From Sediminibacterium sp. (GTDB lineage: Bacteria > Bacteroidota > Bacteroidia > Chitinophagales > Chitinophagaceae), in NCBI GenBank assembly GCA_041856175.1, contig JBHAFM010000152.1:19460-83459 (forward strand): DNA of 64,000 nt. The letters are read 5' to 3'. The notes beneath the pieces were generated by a model that saw nothing but the letters and a program-made list of their open reading frames with translations, ran no database searches and was not told where the DNA came from. The position numbers and the translations under genes are program-made. Below, in pieces: positions 58,973 to 64,000 of this stretch. The number at the start of each line of letters is the position of its first letter. Positions within the stretch are counted from its first letter, which is position 1.

Positions 58973-59728
58973 ATGAGCAAAAACAATCACACTAAGAAAA
59001 TCGCTATTGTAACAGGCGGGGCTTCGGGTATCGGGTTTGCTATTGCTGAAAAATTTATCGCCAATGGTATCCATACCATCGTCATAGGAAGAGATGAAAA
59101 AAAATTAGCGGCTGCCAGGGAAAAACTCGGAAAGCTTTGCGATACATTTTCTTTCGACCTAAAAGATTTAGGTGCTATTCCACATCTAGTAAAAAATATT
59201 ATACAACAATTCGGTCATATTGATATATTGGTGAACAATGCCGGCATCAATATGAAAAAGGAATTCACTGATGTAACAGATGAAGAATTCCAGCATATAC
59301 TGCTCACCAATGTCACTGCCGTATTTGCCCTTTCGAGAGAAGTGGTCATATACATGAAGCAAAAAAAAGCCGGCAGTATTCTCAATATCAGTTCGATGGC
59401 CTCACAGTATGGTATTCCTAAAGTAATTGCCTATACAGCATCTAAATCAGCCATTGAGGGTATGACAAGGGCGATGGCTGTTGAACTTTCCCCGAAAGGC
59501 ATCAGGGTAAATTGTATTGCACCAGGATTTATTGCTACCGATATGAGCGCCAAAGCACTCAACAGCGATGAGGAAAGAAAACAAAAGGTAATGAGTCGCA
59601 CACCGATGGGTCACCTGGGCGATCCAGCCGATATTGCAGATGCTGCATTTTACCTGGCCGGCGTGGAAGCCAAGTACGTGACAGGTGTTGTACTACCCGT
59701 CGATGGCGGCAATTCGATTGGCTTTTGA
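58973..59728 (+). CDS. Short-chain dehydrogenase/reductase
   Basis: TGGASGIG, NNAG and YTASK are the classical SDR motifs. Confidence 0.9.
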   Translation: MSKNNHTKKIAIVTGGASGIGFAIAEKFIANGIHTIVIGRDEKKLAAAREKLGKLCDTFSFDLKDLGAIPHLVKNIIQQFGHIDILVNNAGINMKKEFTDVTDEEFQHILLTNVTAVFALSREVVIYMKQKKAGSILNISSMASQYGIPKVIAYTASKSAIEGMTRAMAVELSPKGIRVNCIAPGFIATDMSAKALNSDEERKQKVMSRTPMGHLGDPADIADAAFYLAGVEAKYVTGVVLPVDGGNSIGF

Positions 59729-59758
59729 CAGCGTTACATTACTATGTACTGACCAAAC

Positions 59759-60928
59759 TTATTTCAGCAACTGGTAACAGAACCATTCCTGCCTTGGCAA
59801 ATGAAAGGGTCCCTTAAACAGGTTTCCCTTTGCCGTCTGGGCAATGCTCCCGTCTCTGTGGAGATAACCATACCATTCACCATGGATCTTATCATGAAAC
59901 TTATCATAAGCATAATCGTGTACCATTTTATGCCATTGCGCATATTTTTCATCACCTGTTAACAGATGGGCCATTAGAGTAGCGATGATCACTTCATTGT
60001 GCGGCCACCAGAATTTCATATCCTGCCAGTATTCCTGTACAGGTTTGTTATAAACATCCCTGAAATACAGGATACCACCATATTCTTTATCCCATCCGCG
60101 TTCCCACATATAGTCTAGCATAGTGCAACCCAGTTGAATTAAATGGAGATCATTATTACGATGCATGGCTTCGCGCAAAATGAACCAGGCACCTTCAATA
60201 GCATGGCCGGGGTTCAGTGTTCTTCCGTCAATGTGATCAATGATACTTCCATCAGGCGCTACCTGTTCCATTACACATTGTATGTCATGCTTAACAAAAT
60301 CTGTTTCTATTTCCCCGATCCATTTGTTGATCCATTCATCGCATCGCGGATCGCCGATCGTACTCCTGATCTCCTGGGCGGTATTGATCATGATCATTGG
60401 CACACCTATTCCTTTAGCCGGGCGGGTATTGGTATATTTAGCCGGCAATAAGCCCGGGGTTGATGCATATTCAATACACTTGCCAAATAAATACCTGGCT
60501 TCTTCGGCAATCTTTTCATCGCCGGCAGCTTTTGCATACGCCGCAAATCCAATGGCTGCAAATGTTTCGGAGAAGAAATACCTTCTTTTCCGAAGCGGCC
60601 TTCCATCATGTGTTACGTGAAAGAACATTCTTCCATCAGTATCAAAACAATATTGCTTCAGAAATTCATATCCCAACTTCGCACCTTCCAGCCATTCCGG
60701 CCTTTGTTCAATGGTATTATATAAAGTAGAGAGCATCCAGGTAGCACGACCCTGTATCCATACCGCTTTATCATCGTCCAGTAAACTTCCTTCCGCATCG
60801 CGCATGAACAAGAATCCGCCATACGTTTTATCATAAGAACGGGGAAACCAGAATGGGATCGTATCATTTACCAATTGGTGCCTATAAAATGCTTTGAGGT
60901 TGCCCAGGTCTTTTTTAGTGTAACTCAT
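59759..60928 (-). CDS. N-acylglucosamine 2-epimerase (AGE family)
   Basis: 389 aa with an alpha/alpha-barrel AGE-like pattern. It overlaps the upstream esterase gene by 4 nt. Confidence 0.85.
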   Translation of the reverse strand: MSYTKKDLGNLKAFYRHQLVNDTIPFWFPRSYDKTYGGFLFMRDAEGSLLDDDKAVWIQGRATWMLSTLYNTIEQRPEWLEGAKLGYEFLKQYCFDTDGRMFFHVTHDGRPLRKRRYFFSETFAAIGFAAYAKAAGDEKIAEEARYLFGKCIEYASTPGLLPAKYTNTRPAKGIGVPMIMINTAQEIRSTIGDPRCDEWINKWIGEIETDFVKHDIQCVMEQVAPDGSIIDHIDGRTLNPGHAIEGAWFILREAMHRNNDLHLIQLGCTMLDYMWERGWDKEYGGILYFRDVYNKPVQEYWQDMKFWWPHNEVIIATLMAHLLTGDEKYAQWHKMVHDYAYDKFHDKIHGEWYGYLHRDGSIAQTAKGNLFKGPFHLPRQEWFCYQLLK

Positions 60929-63024
60929 CTTTGTTCTGTTTTAATAGCTTTCTCCGGGAGCGGTAATATAAAGGTGGAAGCCGGCAGGTCTGCTTCGTTG
61001 ACTAAGTTGGCGCGTGTAAAAGGTTCCCATGCATAGGCAACTGCTTTTACAGGCACTCCCTGCGGCATGGGTATCAATACCTGGTTATTCCTGATAAATG
61101 CGATTGCTGGTATATGTATGCCTTTGCTGGTAATCAATTCAAATCCAGCCAGGGGATTACTATCGCCCGTTGTAAGCTTTCTGGCAAAAGCAAAAGAGAT
61201 CATGATATTTTTATCCTGCCTTGTTACCTGCAAAGGCGATGGGCCATCAGCAGCGACTGGCCTGTGATAAGTATAACGTAAAGCCAAAGCAGCCAGCCTA
61301 ACGGCTACTTCTTTTTTCTTAACAGGATGCACATTTAAAGAGTCTCCCAGGTCTGAGCTGACTGCCATTCCGCTATTAGGCACCTGTTTTTGCAACCTGC
61401 GTTGCGCTTCACGAAACGATGGCCAGGATGGCCGGTCAATACCTGATAGCTGTACATAGTAGAAGGGGAAATCATAGCCCCATTGTTTACGCCAGCTATG
61501 CACCATTGCAGGAAAGAGATACGTGTATAATTCCACGTTGTGCGCATTGCTTTCTCCCTGGTACCAGATCACTCCTTTGATTGGAAATTTTGTCAGGGAA
61601 TCAATACCGGCTTCATAATTATAGCAGGGTTCATAAGGATGACGTTGTTTACTGTTTGTTGCATTTTTTAAATTTACTCCTGCCCTTTCCCGGCAAAAGT
61701 CCATGATGAAATCAGATCTGCGCCAGTTGCTTAAAACATCCACCAATTGCGGATCCTGTTCCATTGTATACCTGTCTATCCATGATTCAATAGGAGAGCC
61801 GCCAACTGCTACCTGCACCAGGCCAATGGGTACCTGCGTTACATTCGCTATCTTCTTGCCAAAATAATACCCAATAGCAGAGAAGTCCGCAGCAGCAGCG
61901 GAATCGCAAAGTTTCCAGCTGCCCGAGAAGAATTTTAGCTGGTTGGTTGCAGCAAGGGTAGCTGAATCCCAGGCTGTATGATCAGTCTGACTTAACGCAT
62001 TTAATTTATACAGTCTCACAAGTGGGTTAACCGGCATAGCTTTCAATTCAGTCATCCCTGTTTGTGCATGCTTAAGTTTAAAGTCCATGTTTGATTGTCC
62101 CGAACAAAGCCATATATCTCCTATCAAAATATTATTCAAAACAATGCTTGTTTTCCCACATGTTATTTTCACGTCATAAGGCCCGCCATGCTGTGAGGCA
62201 GGAAAAACTATTTTCCATCGTCCATCTGTCGAAGCTGTTGTCTTTAGTTGCCGGTGCTGAAAACTGACTATTATTACATCGCCGGGATTGGCTGTACCGT
62301 ACACAGGAATAGGCTGTTGACGCTGCAACACCATATTGCTAGCAAATACAGTTGCCAGCCTGAACCCGCCATAATCTTTTGAAATGCTTTGATACACTGT
62401 CCGGGCAATAATCGTCGCTCCATCCTTATCCGGATGCAGGTTATCTGCAAACAAGTCGGGTCGATGGTACAAAGGTTCATGCAGATCAATCAATGATGTT
62501 TGGCTGGCTTTTGCAATCTCTGGAATGATCCGCTGGATCTGCCAATACCAATCTCTTGTGCCGGATTTGAACCGGGGATGTTCATTAAAGATGGGGGTAA
62601 GCCTGCAGACATATAATTTAACGGCTGCATTTATTTTCCTGAGCGTATCTAACAACCAGTTGTAATCCGCTTCAAATTCACCATTGTAGTTCGGCCAGTT
62701 CCTGGGGTCAGTATCATTTAATCCCAAATGAACAACGGCTATATCGGGCTTATAAGCAATGGCAGCTAAGAACGCTTTTGTTTTGTCATAAGGGTTATGT
62801 CCCTTCTTTAAAAGCGTGGCCCCGCTATGTCCAAAGTTTTTTACCTCATAGCCATTACCTAATAGTTGCTGTAATTGTGAGGGGTAGGATTCCTGCGACG
62901 GGTTTTTTAAACCATATCCGTAAGTGACAGAATTCCCAATACAGGCAACTTTTACTGCTTGAGCAAAAAGATCAGCGCTGAAGAACAAAATGGCTACAAA
63001 GAAAAGACTAATCTTTTGTTGCAT
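60925..63024 (-). CDS. Two-domain sialate O-acetylesterase-like protein (SGNH/GDSL plus SASA/DUF303)
   Basis: A signal peptide is followed by an N-terminal GNSVT block (SGNH block I) and a C-terminal GQSNM block typical of SASA esterases. Confidence 0.8.
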   Translation of the reverse strand: MQQKISLFFVAILFFSADLFAQAVKVACIGNSVTYGYGLKNPSQESYPSQLQQLLGNGYEVKNFGHSGATLLKKGHNPYDKTKAFLAAIAYKPDIAVVHLGLNDTDPRNWPNYNGEFEADYNWLLDTLRKINAAVKLYVCRLTPIFNEHPRFKSGTRDWYWQIQRIIPEIAKASQTSLIDLHEPLYHRPDLFADNLHPDKDGATIIARTVYQSISKDYGGFRLATVFASNMVLQRQQPIPVYGTANPGDVIIVSFQHRQLKTTASTDGRWKIVFPASQHGGPYDVKITCGKTSIVLNNILIGDIWLCSGQSNMDFKLKHAQTGMTELKAMPVNPLVRLYKLNALSQTDHTAWDSATLAATNQLKFFSGSWKLCDSAAAADFSAIGYYFGKKIANVTQVPIGLVQVAVGGSPIESWIDRYTMEQDPQLVDVLSNWRRSDFIMDFCRERAGVNLKNATNSKQRHPYEPCYNYEAGIDSLTKFPIKGVIWYQGESNAHNVELYTYLFPAMVHSWRKQWGYDFPFYYVQLSGIDRPSWPSFREAQRRLQKQVPNSGMAVSSDLGDSLNVHPVKKKEVAVRLAALALRYTYHRPVAADGPSPLQVTRQDKNIMISFAFARKLTTGDSNPLAGFELITSKGIHIPAIAFIRNNQVLIPMPQGVPVKAVAYAWEPFTRANLVNEADLPASTFILPLPEKAIKTEQR

Positions 63025-63035
63025 TGTTTCATTTT

Positions 63036-64000
63036 TTAGTCAACCAAGTCGTTCACTTTAGGACGAAGAAAGTAAAGCTGAATAGCCAGTGCAGCCAAAA
63101 CGATAATGGCCAGCATGGCAAAATCTTTCCCTAAATGACCTGCATCGGAAGATTTGCCCAACAGGTCTGTAATGAAGGCACCAAAGAAGACGCCGGTCAT
63201 ATTCATCATACCATAAGCGGTTGCCCTGTTTTTTGCAGCAACAAACTGGCAAAGAATAGGCATATTATTAGCATCAAAAATGCCATAGCCTAATCCGAAG
63301 CATATTGCGGCCCCCAGTACATGAAAAAGTGTATGTCCAAAACCAAGCAGCAGCAAAGAAGGGATGGTCAACGCCAGGCCAATTGCGCTGGTATAAATTC
63401 TTCCGCGTATATTTCTTTGCACCCATTTATCTGATAGGATACCACCAGCTATGACACCCAAAAATGAAGAGGTGGCAATAGTGATGGTTGATAACGGACC
63501 AGCTTTTGACATAGGTATATTTAAATTCTCGGCAAAGAGCGTTGGAAGCCAGTTTTTAGCAGCCCACCCCGGTAAACTGGGAATAGCAAAATAAAAAAGA
63601 ATAATCCAAAAAGAAATATTGGTGAATAACAATGCCAATCCTTTAAAAAGAGGAGTGTCTTTCTTTGTTGGCATAGTACTTAGTGTACTGATTTCGGGCG
63701 TAGCCGCTTTCCCCTTTAAAAACAAAGCCAGGATCAGCGAATAAGCGATCCCGATTATTCCAAAAGAATGAAAAGTGGCATGCCAGGAAAATGTAGCAGC
63801 AATAGTTGCGCCGAAACCACCGATGGCCTGGCCAAAATATAATCCTGTCATATGAATCCCGATAGCAAGAGACCTTGTTTTTTCCCGGTGAAAATCTGCA
63901 ATCAATGATAAACCCGCAGGAATATACAAAGCCTCGCTTATTCCCATAATGGCTCTTAACCAGTATAACTGGTTAAATGTTGTTGCATAACCCATTCCAA
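63036..64000 (-). CDS. MFS transporter, C-terminal part (gene continues past the window end)
   Basis: Multiple TM helices with MFS loop motifs. The ORF is open to the window edge. Confidence 0.8.
   Translation of the reverse strand, partial: GMGYATTFNQLYWLRAIMGISEALYIPAGLSLIADFHREKTRSLAIGIHMTGLYFGQAIGGFGATIAATFSWHATFHSFGIIGIAYSLILALFLKGKAATPEISTLSTMPTKKDTPLFKGLALLFTNISFWIILFYFAIPSLPGWAAKNWLPTLFAENLNIPMSKAGPLSTITIATSSFLGVIAGGILSDKWVQRNIRGRIYTSAIGLALTIPSLLLLGFGHTLFHVLGAAICFGLGYGIFDANNMPILCQFVAAKNRATAYGMMNMTGVFFGAFITDLLGKSSDAGHLGKDFAMLAIIVLAALAIQLYFLRPKVNDLVD

Noticed and set aside
1-64000. A scan for rRNA, tRNA, CRISPR arrays, transposases, integrases, phage genes, toxin-antitoxin pairs or known defence-system genes.
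   Set aside because: Nothing of these kinds was recognisable. Intergenic regions are mostly under 150 nt. The few long ones contain leaders, promoters or the repeat array described above, rather than cloverleaf-like or spacer-repeat structures.

Overview
This 64-kb window looks like core chromosome from a Bacteroidota genome, possibly Chitinophagia or Sphingobacteriia. That placement is inferred from TAnnTTTG-type promoter boxes, the absence of Shine-Dalgarno sites, DUF4290-murA synteny and Bacteroidota-typical protein families.

Gene content, in order along the window:
- **1960-16174, minus strand:** a co-directional amino-acid biosynthesis run, leuA-leuB / ilvD-ilvB-ilvN-ilvC-ilvA / thrA-thrB-thrC.
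- **16315-20593:** a helical hypothetical protein and a cytoplasmic two-kinase signalling pair.
- **20687-24857:** an acyl-CoA synthetase, a secreted TPR protein and a DUF1015 protein.
- **24915-31959:** a six-gene inositol-lipid operon, followed by a TetR gene, serC and a DUF502 gene.
- **35074-41926:** a TetR-TolC-adaptor-RND efflux operon.
- **42013-48311:** an aminotransferase, an orphan TolC, and a pyrH / tsf-rpsB-rpsI-rplM translation cluster.
- **48647-58833:** housekeeping genes, including recO, a desaturase, pheS, a DUF4290 gene, murA, an S10 peptidase and uxuA.
- **58973-64000:** an SDR gene and a partial sialic-acid-type (nan-like) locus.

I saw no rRNA, tRNA, CRISPR array, transposase, integrase or recognisable defence genes. 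I found no clearly novel multi-gene system.

The best-supported observations beyond plain gene calls are:
1. Two unannotated leader-peptide attenuators. One is Ile/Val-rich, upstream of ilvD. The other is Thr/Ile-rich, upstream of thrA.
2. A 116-bp symmetric array of 11-bp-phased iteron-like repeats, inside a roughly 600-bp stretch with no credible ORF.
3. The inositol-lipid operon carries an embedded GtrA-like protein and an 852-aa DUF5686 outer-membrane-type protein.
4. A kinase to receiver-kinase cascade with no output regulator nearby.

All functional calls come from reading the translated ORFs for motifs and family resemblance. No database searches were run.
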